Part shown: in pieces, positions 8,110-18,477 of the stretch
Layout: each line of letters starts with the position of its first letter
Numbering within the stretch: position 1 is the first letter of the stretch
From: a virus
IMG/VR virus record: IMGVR_UViG_3300030329_006602
Coordinates: 1-64,000 of that record
Strand: one strand, 5' to 3'
Length of the DNA stretch: 64,000 nt
Notes under the pieces: generated by a model
Databases searched by the model: none
Told to the model about the DNA's origin: nothing
Seen by the model: only the letters and a program-made list of their open reading frames with translations
Position numbers and translations under genes: made by a program

Positions 8110-9122
8110 TAAAAATCGTCTTCGAGCGCGCCGCCCTGTTGGTACTCACGCACTCTACGCTCGAAAAAATTACCCATAGCTTGTACGTCAACTACTTCAC
8201 CTAGCCAAGGAAAAGGATTCTCATCACTGGGAAAACGAAAATCCAATCCGATTCCCTCTAGTCTCCTGTTGCCGATGAAGTGCATATAATCTACAAACAT
8301 ATCGGCGTTAAGACCTAAAATACCTGTAGGAAGAACATCATTGGCGTAATTTATTTCCAACTCGACGGCCTTCTTCATGTGTTCAATAAACTCTCCTTGA
8401 ATTGTCTTGGTCCAAATTGTGGGATTCTGTTCTATGATCGTGTTTATAAGATAAGTGCCGAAAGCAATATGGCTACTCTCGTCTCGCAACGTGTATTTTA
8501 TTTGATCGGAAATGCCCTGAAGTTTATTTTGTCTACCCAAGGCGAGGAGCATGGCGAATCCACTAAAGAAAAAGGTTCCCTCGCATACTATATAATAAGA
8601 GAGGAGGTTTCTTAAGATTTCTTGCTTGCCTGCTTTTGTCGAGGGGTTGAAGTCTTGCCTGCTAATATCCGAGGTAATCTCCATGAGGAAATCATCTTTA
8701 GCTTTGATGCTAGGTATTGTTTCGTAGGCATTAAATACTTCTTCGATATCCAGATCCAAACTGTCGCAAATATATACAACGGTAAGGTTATGAAGGCTTT
8801 CTTCAAAAGCTTGGCGCAAAATATACTGACGACATTCCCCATCCGTAACAAATCTAAAAGCAGAAATAAGAAGGTTATTGCCAACCAGAGACTCGCTTCC
8901 TGCAAAAAACCCGAGGCATCGCTTGACGAGGAGTTTTTCGTCGTCGGTGATTTCATTGTTTTTCCATTGTTTTATATCGTGCTGCATGGAAATCTCTGTG
9001 GGCATCCAATTGTTGGCGCAGCTTTTAAGAAATAATTCCCAAGCATACTTGTGCTTGTGCGGAAGTATTCTATTGACTCCTGCCACGTCGGCGCCTAAGA
9101 GTTCTCCAGTTTTATCTTTCAT
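8109..9122 (-). CDS. nrdB: Ribonucleotide reductase beta subunit, class Ic (R2c)-type
   Basis: WMPTEI; AGSESLVGNN; QAFEESLHNLTV; EGTFFFSGF; RDESSH; NFFERRVREY. Confidence 0.95.
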   Translation of the reverse strand: MKDKTGELLGADVAGVNRILPHKHKYAWELFLKSCANNWMPTEISMQHDIKQWKNNEITDDEKLLVKRCLGFFAGSESLVGNNLLISAFRFVTDGECRQYILRQAFEESLHNLTVVYICDSLDLDIEEVFNAYETIPSIKAKDDFLMEITSDISRQDFNPSTKAGKQEILRNLLSYYIVCEGTFFFSGFAMLLALGRQNKLQGISDQIKYTLRDESSHIAFGTYLINTIIEQNPTIWTKTIQGEFIEHMKKAVELEINYANDVLPTGILGLNADMFVDYMHFIGNRRLEGIGLDFRFPSDENPFPWLGEVVDVQAMGNFFERRVREYQQGGALEDDF

Positions 9123-9131
9123 AGTAAACCT

Positions 9132-9160
9132 ACTATAGCATATATTCTATTGAATGTCAA
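9132..9160 (-). promoter_or_regulatory. sigma70 promoter of nrdB-queF-like
   Basis: TTGACA-17 nt-TATAGT, 9 nt before ATG. Confidence 0.75.
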
Positions 9161-9163
9161 GTA

Positions 9164-11608
9164 TTATTGGCAGGATTCACAAGTTTCTCCGCGCGCCATT
9201 GCATCTATACTGCATTCCGTTGGCTCGCTAGAGCTTTCTTGCGTGGTAGCTTTTTCCACTTTGGTGGCTGCGCGATTTCGAAGATAATAGGTGGTTTTTA
9301 AACCGTATTCCCAACAGGCCATATATATGTCATTAAGATATTTGAGTGAAGTGGTTTTGTTGTATAGGTTAAAACTGATAGATTGGTCCATCCATTTCTG
9401 TCTCACCGCATTCGCTTCAATAAGTTTTAGCATATCTCTGTCGAAGGCAGTTTTGTATTTACTTTTAAGGTCATCTGGAATTGACCCGTTAAGAAGTCTA
9501 AGGTCCCCATCCGCTTGCTTGATTAAGGTTGCAATTTCAGGTCCCCATAGACCCCTGTTTTTCATGTCATTGACAAAATGTTCATTTACAATAAAGAAGT
9601 TTCCGCTTTTATTCTCATAAACAAACAGTACGGAAAAATTTGGTTCAATGCTTTGTTCTACTCCGTTGATGTATCCTATAGTTGCGGTGGGTGCAATCGC
9701 CATTACATTAGAGTTTCGCATCCCATCTTTAAGTATGTGGTTTCTCAGTTGGTCCCATTTTTCTTTTGTAAGTTGGCTATATTTGCTTTTGACGCTGTAA
9801 TCGTGCGAAATTTCCCTATACTCCATTAAGTCCTTATGGGAATCCACGGGAAGCTTACCTTGAGACCATAGGGATCCTTCATATGTTTCGTATGACCCTC
9901 GTTCTTGTGCCAGTTGGTTGCTTGCTTGGATGGCGTGGAAGGAGTAAAATTCAAACAAGCCATCACTAAAAGAGACGGCCTCATCGCTGTCTATTTTAAT
10001 GTCAAGGGTATGTAATACGTCGTGCAGACCCATTAACCCTAATCCTATTGGGCGATTTTTGAGATTTGAATTCTTGGCCTCGGGGGTGGGATAAAAATTA
10101 AGGTCTATAACGTTGTCCAGCATTCGGATGGCGGTATGGATAGTTTGCGCCAGCTTTTTATAGTCTATACCGTTTTTCTTTTCGGTTAGGTGATGAAATA
10201 GGTTGACTGACCCCAGGTTGCATACAGCTGTTTCTCCCACCTTAGTTTTTTGTCCATGTTGGTATTGTGAGGCTTTGGTGTGGAGGGTTATTTCTGTACA
10301 TAAGTTAGAGCTATGTACGACTCCTTCGTGTTGATTGGTGTATCGAATGTTGCATGGATCCTTAAAGGTATTCCATGGATGAGAGGTCTCAAATAGAACT
10401 TTGAGCATTTTTTTCCATAATTCCTTGGCTGAAATCTTGCGGAAGTTTTTTATCTCTCCTTGTTCGGCCAGCTTGCAGTATTTTTTATACTTTCTGTCGA
10501 ATTTTTTCCCAAATAAATCATGGAGGTCAGCACACTCTTTGGGGTCAAACAAGTACCACTCTTCATCCTTTTGAGCGGCCCGCATGAAAGCATCGGGTAT
10601 CCATGAGGCCGTATTTAAGTCATGACATCTTAAGCGATCATCTCCAGTGTTGCGTCGTAAGTTTAAAAACTCTTCGTAGTCTAAATGCCACGGCTCTAGA
10701 TAGGCGCAGCCAGCTCCTGGCCGCTTGCCCCCTTGATTCACCGCAACTAAAAGATCATTATATATCTTGAGCCATGGAATAAGTCCACTAGAAATGCCAT
10801 TGGTTCCTTGGATGTGGGACCCTGTAGATCTAAAAGGTGTTACATCAAGACCGAGCCCTCCTGCATATTTGGATTTGCGCGCTTCCTGCCAAGCTCCATC
10901 AAAAATTCCATCTATAGAGTCATCGAAGGTATTAAGATAGCAGGAGCTTAATTGTGAGTGGGCCGTCCCGCTATTAAAGAGGGTGGGGGTAGAGGATGTA
11001 TAAAGAAGGCGGCTAATAAGATTATAAAACTCCACAGCCTTTTCCTCTTTATTTTCCTCGTTAATTGAAAGCCCCATGGCAACCCGCATCCAAAAACCTT
11101 GAGGAGATTCCATGATCTTGTCATGCTCTCTGATGAAATAACGATCATACAGAATTTGAATGCCGAGATACTTGAATTTTTTATCTCTTTCTACCTGAAT
11201 TGCGTCGGCTAGGTATTTTAAATCAAACGTGAGGAGTTTTGGGTTGAGTCGCTCTGACTTTACTAACTTTTTAATGTTTTGAACAAAGCTTTTTTTATAT
11301 TGTAGCTCAAAGACATCGCTGTCTACCCCCTCCCTGAATACTTCTTTGTATAAATTATTAAGAACAAGCCTCGCAGCCGCCAGCGAGTAATTCGGCTCCT
11401 TCTCTATCTTCTCTCTCGCCGAGAGTACTAGGGCTTGGTCTATTTGGGCGCTGGGGATCTTGTCGTAAAGCTGTAGTTGTGCATCTAGTACAATTTCACT
11501 GGCTGAAACATTTTCTATTCCCTGGCAGGCCCTTTCTGCGCTGGCGTTAATTTTTCCTACTATAAATTCCTCTAGTCGTCCGTTCCTCTTTTTTACGTGA
11601 ATCTCCAT
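9164..11608 (-). CDS. nrdA: Ribonucleotide reductase class I alpha subunit with ATP cone
   Basis: VKKRNG ATP cone; TPTLFNSG; QLSSCYL; SNLCTEI; VCNLGS; APTA; LKTTYYLR; C-terminal CESCQ. Confidence 0.97.
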   Translation of the reverse strand: MEIHVKKRNGRLEEFIVGKINASAERACQGIENVSASEIVLDAQLQLYDKIPSAQIDQALVLSAREKIEKEPNYSLAAARLVLNNLYKEVFREGVDSDVFELQYKKSFVQNIKKLVKSERLNPKLLTFDLKYLADAIQVERDKKFKYLGIQILYDRYFIREHDKIMESPQGFWMRVAMGLSINEENKEEKAVEFYNLISRLLYTSSTPTLFNSGTAHSQLSSCYLNTFDDSIDGIFDGAWQEARKSKYAGGLGLDVTPFRSTGSHIQGTNGISSGLIPWLKIYNDLLVAVNQGGKRPGAGCAYLEPWHLDYEEFLNLRRNTGDDRLRCHDLNTASWIPDAFMRAAQKDEEWYLFDPKECADLHDLFGKKFDRKYKKYCKLAEQGEIKNFRKISAKELWKKMLKVLFETSHPWNTFKDPCNIRYTNQHEGVVHSSNLCTEITLHTKASQYQHGQKTKVGETAVCNLGSVNLFHHLTEKKNGIDYKKLAQTIHTAIRMLDNVIDLNFYPTPEAKNSNLKNRPIGLGLMGLHDVLHTLDIKIDSDEAVSFSDGLFEFYSFHAIQASNQLAQERGSYETYEGSLWSQGKLPVDSHKDLMEYREISHDYSVKSKYSQLTKEKWDQLRNHILKDGMRNSNVMAIAPTATIGYINGVEQSIEPNFSVLFVYENKSGNFFIVNEHFVNDMKNRGLWGPEIATLIKQADGDLRLLNGSIPDDLKSKYKTAFDRDMLKLIEANAVRQKWMDQSISFNLYNKTTSLKYLNDIYMACWEYGLKTTYYLRNRAATKVEKATTQESSSEPTECSIDAMARGETCESCQ

Positions 11609-11719
11609 GTCAAAAAATACACCCTATATTATTATGATTTTTGTTTTTTTAAGAAAAAATATAAAAAAGAATTTTAGCATTTTTCCGCGTGTATGTCGAG
11701 CTTAAAACGGGAAAGTTAT

Positions 11720-12130
11720 TCACAATGTGAGGAACTTGTCTCGTAGAAAAACCAAAGCATCCATAAGGCTCGGGTTGATGTAGAGGGTCTCCACCTTATC
11801 GAGTCTAAAGTAACCCCACTCAGTATGTTCGTAATCCAACACGGGGGAGAGAAACTCCGAAGCATTATGGAGGTAAAGATTAAAGCGTCCCCCATCGTGC
11901 CCCTTGAATGCAGTGACGTACTGCAACTCACTTGTGTTAATTTTAATCTGCGTTTCCTCCTCTAATTCTCTTTGGGCTGCAACAAACGGCGCCTCCCCTT
12001 TTTCTACAGCGCCACAAGGGACACTCCAATATCCACCAATTGGACCATTGGGCTGTCGTTTACATAATAAAATGCTTGCCCCGTGTCTCACAACAACACC
12101 GCTATAGGAGGGTTTAAAGGTCGAACTCAT
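11720..12130 (-). CDS. Nudix hydrolase
   Basis: Nudix box GAVEKGEAPFVAAQRELEEETQI; probable start MSSTF. Confidence 0.9.
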   Translation of the reverse strand: MSSTFKPSYSGVVVRHGASILLCKRQPNGPIGGYWSVPCGAVEKGEAPFVAAQRELEEETQIKINTSELQYVTAFKGHDGGRFNLYLHNASEFLSPVLDYEHTEWGYFRLDKVETLYINPSLMDALVFLRDKFLTL

Positions 12131-13178
12131 CTTTTGGTTTAGGGGTATTCCAGTGTGGGCAGCCCTCGTAATGCGCGTTAGTAATTTTATCTCCATCTTT
12201 TTTAAGTTTTTTTAAAGCCTCCTCGTCCTCTAAAAATCCACTTTTAATTAAGTTTCCCTCTGCATCTTCGAGGCGGAGGTAGTCAAAGGGGAATTTATAA
12301 GTGCAGTACCACATGGGGGTTCCATCTTTTTTTAACTGATTGGGTTCTTTGGCAAAACCACAACTTAAGGGCCCACCGAAGCTGCCATCACTCGGGTAGT
12401 TTTGTTTGGCGGCAAAGTTGCTGCAAGCCTCTTCTTCTGTAAAGTTTTCGAGGTACTCCTGAACCTCCGTAAGATAGTACTCGAACCCCTCCAGCTCTTC
12501 TTCCGAAATGGGTTCCATACCCAAGAATCCCTCTCCCTTTTCCCCTAATAGGTCGGGCTCCAGGTCAAACTTTAAAAATAAAAATTCTAGCTCCCGCTTG
12601 AGGTACTTGGGGTATAAATGTTTTACTGCTAGAGAGTACATAAGGGCCTGGAGGTTATCCGTGGCCTCTTTACCCTTAAATTTAAACTTGCTGGTTTTGA
12701 AGTCTCTGATTATTGCCTTTTTCTTTTTTGAATATAAGAAGAGCTTGTCTATAAAACCGAGTATGTTGTATTTTTTTCCATCCTCATCCACCCTGATTGT
12801 GAATTTCTTTTCTGAAATGGCTGTCGTGGGCTTTCCCTCGTCTTCGCCGAAGAAGTCGTACCGTAGGCCATTCATTATAAAATCATTTATCATGGATAGG
12901 TTTTCTTTATCGTCTACGTTTAGGGATTTTGCCTGAATCATTACCATGCGAGCTACTGGACCGCAGTCCCAGATCTCCCCATCCTTAATAATTCTTTTAT
13001 AGTGTTTTTTATGCCTTGGATTACCTAAGCATTCAAAAATGTTATGGCAAACGGAGCCGCGAGATGCTCCATCATTGCTTGAGTCTGGTAGTTTTAATTT
13101 ATACTTAGACCAATAGAGCCAAGTGCATTGTTGGGCAGTCTTGATTCGACTGGCGGAAAGTTTTACTTCAGCACTCAT
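12114..13178 (-). CDS. PD-(D/E)XK exonuclease, Cas4/AddB-like, probable Fe-S staple
   Basis: LSASRIKTAQQC; GSVCH; GFIDKL..IIRDFKTSK; QALMY; one N-terminal plus three C-terminal Cys. Confidence 0.85.
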   Translation of the reverse strand: MSAEVKLSASRIKTAQQCTWLYWSKYKLKLPDSSNDGASRGSVCHNIFECLGNPRHKKHYKRIIKDGEIWDCGPVARMVMIQAKSLNVDDKENLSMINDFIMNGLRYDFFGEDEGKPTTAISEKKFTIRVDEDGKKYNILGFIDKLFLYSKKKKAIIRDFKTSKFKFKGKEATDNLQALMYSLAVKHLYPKYLKRELEFLFLKFDLEPDLLGEKGEGFLGMEPISEEELEGFEYYLTEVQEYLENFTEEEACSNFAAKQNYPSDGSFGGPLSCGFAKEPNQLKKDGTPMWYCTYKFPFDYLRLEDAEGNLIKSGFLEDEEALKKLKKDGDKITNAHYEGCPHWNTPKPKDEFDL

Positions 13179-14224
13179 ACATTAAGGAGTTTATGATTCT
13201 TAAAAAGAGCCTTAGATATCTTGCGATCTTTATAGAGGGCTTTAGATAGGGTAGCTATTTGGGTAGCTTGATCGCTGGGATTAAGCTCTTTCAATTTGGT
13301 TTTCCATTGGGTAAAATCTTGGGGAGACATGTCTCCGAAATCGTTTTTTACAGGTAAGCATATTCTTAGTTTGTGTGGGTCAAAGTGGTTAAGTAGTTTG
13401 AGATAGTTTTTTATGGATGCATCTAATCCTCGATTGGATTCTTTGCCCATGTCGTTGTTGAATGCTATAATAATTTTCCGAGGGTTGATTTCTACCATTT
13501 CGCAAATAAGGGTGGGGGATATATCTAGACCAAATGACACAATTACATTGTTCAGTCCGTTTTGGTGGCAAGCTAGAAGATCCCCAATGCTTTCTACTAA
13601 AATTATCTCTCCCGCTCGTTCGATGACATCTCTAATTAATTCCTCTCCCGATTGGGGTACATATAGCGGGTATAGCCACGTAGACTTACGCCCTATATGT
13701 TTCCACTTAGGGCGATTGTCCTTATTTAACATATCCCTTCCTGAGAAGCCATGAATTTGGCTGTTTTTATTAAAAATGGGGAAAACAAAACGTTGGTAAA
13801 GTTGTCCTCCCGTTGCCAATCCGCCCGCGAGAGATTTGAGTATGGGTTTATCTATTCCTTTTTGGAGATAGAAGTCGTAATGAGGGAGGAGTTTATCGAG
13901 GGTGGAGTTTTCGTATATTTTTTCCATTTCTATTTTATCCCCCTTGTTGTGAGCCATGCCCAGTGTATCGAGGTCGGATTCCTTTAGGTATTGGGCTAGT
14001 ATTTTTTTATCTTCAGTTCCAAGGGTTTGGGCTATCAGAACTTCAAATTTTAAGTACGGAGTATTGTTTACATAATCCCTCCACACCCCACTATCTTTAT
14101 AGATCTGTAGCGCGGTTCTATTGTCACCATTTCTGAAAAGAGCATTGGTTTGCCAATACGATCCCCTATCATCAAGGCGATAGCCGAGGGATATCAAGGT
14201 GTCTTGAATTTTGTCAGGACTCAT
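13175..14224 (-). CDS. dnaG: DnaG-like Toprim primase
   Basis: RFVFPI..GFSGR..PKW; ILVESIGD; AFNND; NDFGDM; coupled to helicase. Confidence 0.85.
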   Translation of the reverse strand: MSPDKIQDTLISLGYRLDDRGSYWQTNALFRNGDNRTALQIYKDSGVWRDYVNNTPYLKFEVLIAQTLGTEDKKILAQYLKESDLDTLGMAHNKGDKIEMEKIYENSTLDKLLPHYDFYLQKGIDKPILKSLAGGLATGGQLYQRFVFPIFNKNSQIHGFSGRDMLNKDNRPKWKHIGRKSTWLYPLYVPQSGEELIRDVIERAGEIILVESIGDLLACHQNGLNNVIVSFGLDISPTLICEMVEINPRKIIIAFNNDMGKESNRGLDASIKNYLKLLNHFDPHKLRICLPVKNDFGDMSPQDFTQWKTKLKELNPSDQATQIATLSKALYKDRKISKALFKNHKLLNV

Positions 14225-15735
14225 AGATCTATTGCGATTTGATCTCCATCCTCATCGGGAACGGCATTAAGGCCCATACTGTCCACTTGATCCTGTAGGT
14301 CTCCCACTTCTTCAATCGAAAAATTACTGAAATCTAAATTAATATGGTTCTTTCTCTTGGACCCGTCCTCCAGCTCCACTAGGTTAAGGGCTCGATGTAC
14401 ATTCTTTCCTAGGTGTCGATGTTTGAAGCAACTTAAGACATGAGTACCGAACTGCGCTCCTTCGGCCTGAACCTCTTCATTGGTTTTGGAGCGTAAGTGG
14501 AACATGTGTGAACAGAATTGTATAATTCTGTCGGAGAGGGAGACGATGCTTTCATCGTCAAGAATATTTTCTACCCTACGATTGTTTGTAACCCCGCTGC
14601 GATTGCTTTGAACGCTGGTTATCATTGTGATGGTGGGACCCTCAGAGGTAACAATTTCTTTTTGAATAAGGTTTTTAAAAGCTGTAACCATATTTCCTAC
14701 CACTTCCCACTCCCTTTGGTTCTTTTGGATTGTGGCGTCGGTAGTTTTAATATAATCAAAACTAAAAATCATTTTATTTCCTCTTCCTACCTTTGAGTAG
14801 TAGAATCTCCTTAAGACATTAAGCATTGAGGAGATGTCCATTCCTGCCACGTTATAGTAGTAGAATCTAAACTTCTTTATTTGTGGCCACACGGCGCGTA
14901 TTTTATCTACGCACTCTTGGTTGTATCTCCATTCTCCTGTTTCTATAAGATGGAGGGGTACGCCCGAAAGTGCGGCGCACTGGCGCATGGTGAGCTCTTC
15001 TTGACTCATCTCGCCATTATCGAAATGTAGTACGGGGATATTGTCATATTGCTGGGAGACCTTGGTTGCAAAATCTAAACAGAACGTCGTTTTTCCTACG
15101 CCTGCCCTGGCTACTACGACACTTATGTTGCCTGGACGCAGGAGAGATCCATAGAGATCATTAAGGCGAGAGTGGGGCCCCATCAGGCCAAATTCGGTAA
15201 CAGGATTATTTCCTCTATCCTCCACCATTTCCTCCATAAGGGAAAAGATGTTTTCAGGGACTGTTCTTTCTACCGAGTAGGAATCTATTTGTTCATTGTA
15301 GATCTTGTCCGCAGTTTCCACTATCTCATCAAATGTGTGATCGCTGCCGAGGGATTGCATTTTTTTTGCTACCTTACGTGCGTTTTCAAAAATCTCACGC
15401 CTTACGGTGAATTTTTTGAGTTCTTTGGCGGCTGAGATTAATCCATCTCTAGATATCTTTCTCATACCTAGGGATTGAATGTAATGTGTTAGGTCTACGT
15501 TGTCCTCAAAAGATATATTGAATTGCTTGACTCTTTGAGCGAGCACAACTTCGTCTAGCTCTTCTCCACTCTCTAGGGCCGCTCGTAGTACTCTGAATAT
15601 GGTTTGGTGAACCTTGGTTTCTTCGGAGTAGAAGTCGTCGTCTCCAATACCTATAGATATTTCGGCATAAGCCTCGGGGTGTTGTATTAATCCAGCCAGC
15701 ACATGCTGCTCAAGTTCTTTCGAATTTATTGACAT
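14221..15735 (-). CDS. dnaB: Replicative helicase DnaB
   Basis: ELEQHVLAGL N-domain; Walker A ARAGVGKT; GEMS; FDYIK; QSNR. Confidence 0.93.
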   Translation of the reverse strand: MSINSKELEQHVLAGLIQHPEAYAEISIGIGDDDFYSEETKVHQTIFRVLRAALESGEELDEVVLAQRVKQFNISFEDNVDLTHYIQSLGMRKISRDGLISAAKELKKFTVRREIFENARKVAKKMQSLGSDHTFDEIVETADKIYNEQIDSYSVERTVPENIFSLMEEMVEDRGNNPVTEFGLMGPHSRLNDLYGSLLRPGNISVVVARAGVGKTTFCLDFATKVSQQYDNIPVLHFDNGEMSQEELTMRQCAALSGVPLHLIETGEWRYNQECVDKIRAVWPQIKKFRFYYYNVAGMDISSMLNVLRRFYYSKVGRGNKMIFSFDYIKTTDATIQKNQREWEVVGNMVTAFKNLIQKEIVTSEGPTITMITSVQSNRSGVTNNRRVENILDDESIVSLSDRIIQFCSHMFHLRSKTNEEVQAEGAQFGTHVLSCFKHRHLGKNVHRALNLVELEDGSKRKNHINLDFSNFSIEEVGDLQDQVDSMGLNAVPDEDGDQIAIDL

Positions 15736-15741
15736 GAAGTA

Positions 15742-15770
15742 ATGATATCATTTATTACTTCAAATGTCAA
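15742..15770 (-). promoter_or_regulatory. sigma70 promoter, leaderless dnaB transcript
   Basis: TTGACA-17 nt-TATCAT-6 nt-ATG. Confidence 0.8.
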
Positions 15771-15776
15771 GCATGT

Positions 15777-16064
15777 TTATACTTCAGGTTCGGAATCGTC
15801 TCCATCTAGACCTTCAAGGCCAATAGGCTTGTCAGCTTCTTCAAAATCGAGCACAAATTGTTCCAGCGCTTTTCTTAAGCCGAGTTCGATTATCTGATTG
15901 TCTGCTTTAAAGTAAACCATGGGCGCCCCATCTTGATTAATGTGAAGAAGTAGGAAGCCTCTCGTACCCTCCGTGTTACCTGAGAATTCGTAAAGTTGCG
16001 TTATGAGTTTGGGGGGAAGGCTAAATGCAGGAAGGGCATCGGGATCGAAGTCCATATCTTTCAT
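15777..16064 (-). CDS. Hypothetical acidic protein
   Basis: Clean ORF with GTGTA motif 11 nt upstream. Confidence 0.7.
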   Translation of the reverse strand: MKDMDFDPDALPAFSLPPKLITQLYEFSGNTEGTRGFLLLHINQDGAPMVYFKADNQIIELGLRKALEQFVLDFEEADKPIGLEGLDGDDSEPEV

Positions 16065-16094
16065 ATATTATATATTACACGTAGATTAAGGTTT

Positions 16095-16502
16095 TTATAA
16101 AATCACTTTATTTTTCTTAAAGAACTCTTTGGTTATTTTGTCTTCGTCGTAAACCTCTATTAGTTGTATGTTGTTGAGCGCGCAGAACTCTAATTTCTGC
16201 TGATCTCTCCGCAGTTGGTTCAGGTAGTTCATTTTAGTGCCGTGAAAAAAAGGCACATACTGAGTGTGCTGCCTTCCTTGTACTTCTATGGCTACTTTTT
16301 TATTGGCATTATAGAAATCAAAAGTCATACGAGTGCCTACCACAGGGAACTCCTCAAAAACAATATGATCCTTCCAGTAGGGCCGTAGAAAGGTTTTAAC
16401 CGCCCTTTGTCGTTTGCTGCGACTTTTCCCCTTCCACTTTATTAAATGCTTTTTAGGGTGCCTCACGCCCTTTACAGAACCCGTGAGAGTTTTAAACTTC
16501 AC
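16095..16502 (-). CDS. Vsr/DUF559-like restriction-fold endonuclease
   Basis: EEFPV..FDFY..AIEVQGRQH..RDQQKLEFC..IQLIEV. Confidence 0.8.
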   Translation of the reverse strand: MKFKTLTGSVKGVRHPKKHLIKWKGKSRSKRQRAVKTFLRPYWKDHIVFEEFPVVGTRMTFDFYNANKKVAIEVQGRQHTQYVPFFHGTKMNYLNQLRRDQQKLEFCALNNIQLIEVYDEDKITKEFFKKNKVIL

Positions 16503-17595
16503 TTAGAAGGCTGTGAAAATAGTTAATTAAAAATTCTGTCAGCTTGGGGTTTTCTTCTAGTAGGAGGTTGAGCTTGTTTTCTCCTTGGATTTTTTCGGGA
16601 CAATCAAATTCATTTTCTTTTAATAGTTCGACGAACTCCTCGTCAAATGTTATCCATGCCCCCTTTTTCTGCAGGAAGCTCCATAGATAAAGCATGTCTA
16701 TTATTTCCCTTTCTACCCAGACGGAGTTCCCCCCTTCCCTGCCATATTTAATAGGATATTCTAGGGTATAATTAGTTTTTTCGTTGGGAGATTTTTTAAC
16801 TGTAACCTTTACATTATGTCCTAGAATAGGATTCTTTTCCTTATCTATGGGTTGCGTGGGGTTGGGTAAAATTAAATCTTTTTTAAATCTGGGTTCAAAC
16901 TCTAATATATAGTTTGCAAAGTGCAGTAGAGCGTTGCCCCCTGTAGCTGTCGTTTGGCGAATGGGGGCTTTGCTGTATGGGTCTAGTTTAATGTCTGCTC
17001 TAACTTGAGAAATAAAGAGGGCCATATGTCCTCTTTTGGCTAACGCTATACTCATTTTTTGCATAAACTTAGCTCCCAACAGGGCTCCGCCCGCAACCTT
17101 GTGGGCATCCGCAAAGTCTTTTTTTAAATCTTCTTTCATTATTAATCCATCTAAGGAGTCTAATACAAAGCAATACTTTACTTTGTCCTTGTTGTTTGAA
17201 ACCAGGGTGCGCATAAGATCCAGAACGGTTTCATAAATATTGCTTTCTAAGACAAAACAGGTGCCGTTTTCCCATTCGCTTTCGTTAAAAACAAATTGGA
17301 CTCCCGAGCGCTTTTTCATCTCAGGTGGAAGGCGCCCTTCGGCAGAAATTAAAAACCCTCTGGAATTGGGAACCTGCTTAAGAAAGTTTTTCATAACCTC
17401 TAGGGATTCAGATGTTTTTCCTCCCTCATTCATTCCTACAAAACGGTGAAGCCCAGGGCCAAAGCCACCGCCTAGCTCGAAATCCACCTTCATACTGCCA
17501 CTGGAAACTTTGTAGGTTACCTCCTCTTCAAAATTGTAGTGGTGTTCTTTGTTTTCTTTTAGAAAATTCTTTAATACTTCTGATGCCTGATCCAT
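16492..17595 (-). CDS. recA: RecA/UvsX-like recombinase
   Basis: SSGSMKVDFELGGG; GMNEGGKTS; VLDSLD; FISQVR; GGNALLHFA; KKGAW; probable start MDQAS. Confidence 0.9.
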   Translation of the reverse strand: MDQASEVLKNFLKENKEHHYNFEEEVTYKVSSGSMKVDFELGGGFGPGLHRFVGMNEGGKTSESLEVMKNFLKQVPNSRGFLISAEGRLPPEMKKRSGVQFVFNESEWENGTCFVLESNIYETVLDLMRTLVSNNKDKVKYCFVLDSLDGLIMKEDLKKDFADAHKVAGGALLGAKFMQKMSIALAKRGHMALFISQVRADIKLDPYSKAPIRQTTATGGNALLHFANYILEFEPRFKKDLILPNPTQPIDKEKNPILGHNVKVTVKKSPNEKTNYTLEYPIKYGREGGNSVWVEREIIDMLYLWSFLQKKGAWITFDEEFVELLKENEFDCPEKIQGENKLNLLLEENPKLTEFLINYFHSLLSEV

Positions 17596-17596
17596 A

Positions 17597-17926
17597 TTAT
17601 GATAAAAAGTCTTTAATTGTTTTAGGGGGTTTGCTAAATGATCTGTCTTCCCCCACCTTCTTTCCAAGATTATACTCCTTAGGGGGTGGTATGTCAAAAT
17701 TAAATTCAAGATATTTCCTTCTCAACTCTCCCTTCCCGAAGTCCGTTTTGAGGTAGGCTAGACTGGGAAAAATAGTAGGGAATTTTACCTTGGCCCAAAA
17801 CCGCGGGTTGTCAAATTCTGCCATAAGATCATTTAGGAGTTTCATTTCCTTTGCCCAGAACGGGCGCTTGTTCTTTGTTGGTATTTCTACCAGTCTTGAT
17901 ATGATTTCCCTTTTATTTACCTTCAC
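17597..17926 (-). CDS. Hypothetical protein
   Basis: GTG start placed 6 nt after a sigma70 -10 box. Confidence 0.7.
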   Translation of the reverse strand: MKVNKREIISRLVEIPTKNKRPFWAKEMKLLNDLMAEFDNPRFWAKVKFPTIFPSLAYLKTDFGKGELRRKYLEFNFDIPPPKEYNLGKKVGEDRSFSKPPKTIKDFLS

Positions 17927-17932
17927 CCGTAT

Positions 17933-17961
17933 ATTATGCACGATAACGAGTCATTTGTCAA
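17933..17961 (-). promoter_or_regulatory. sigma70 promoter, leaderless
   Basis: TTGACA-17 nt-CATAAT-6 nt-GTG. Confidence 0.75.
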
Positions 17962-17962
17962 G

Positions 17963-17998
17963 AAAAAAAGCCCCCTGAACATTACGTCCAGAGGGCTT
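17963..17998 (-). terminator. Terminator downstream of tmRNA
   Basis: AAGCCC..CTG/CAG..GGGCTT hairpin followed by T7 on minus strand. Confidence 0.7.
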
Positions 17999-18012
17999 GA
18001 GGGGCGAGGGGA

Positions 18013-18416
<404 letters not shown>

Positions 18417-18441
18417 ATAAAATTTTCAAAGATCTAACTAT

Positions 18442-18470
18442 AGTATACAACTATTTTTTATAAATGTCAA
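18442..18470 (-). promoter_or_regulatory. sigma70 promoter of tmRNA
   Basis: TTGACA-17 nt-TATACT. Confidence 0.8.
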
Positions 18471-18477
18471 CTTATTT

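Noticed and set aside
11618-11640. NrdR box upstream of nrdA
   Set aside because: Only the left half resembles the consensus; no tandem second box
9164-17595. Inteins or introns in nrdA, dnaB, recA
   Set aside because: Lengths are normal; no splicing motifs or homing endonuclease insertions seen
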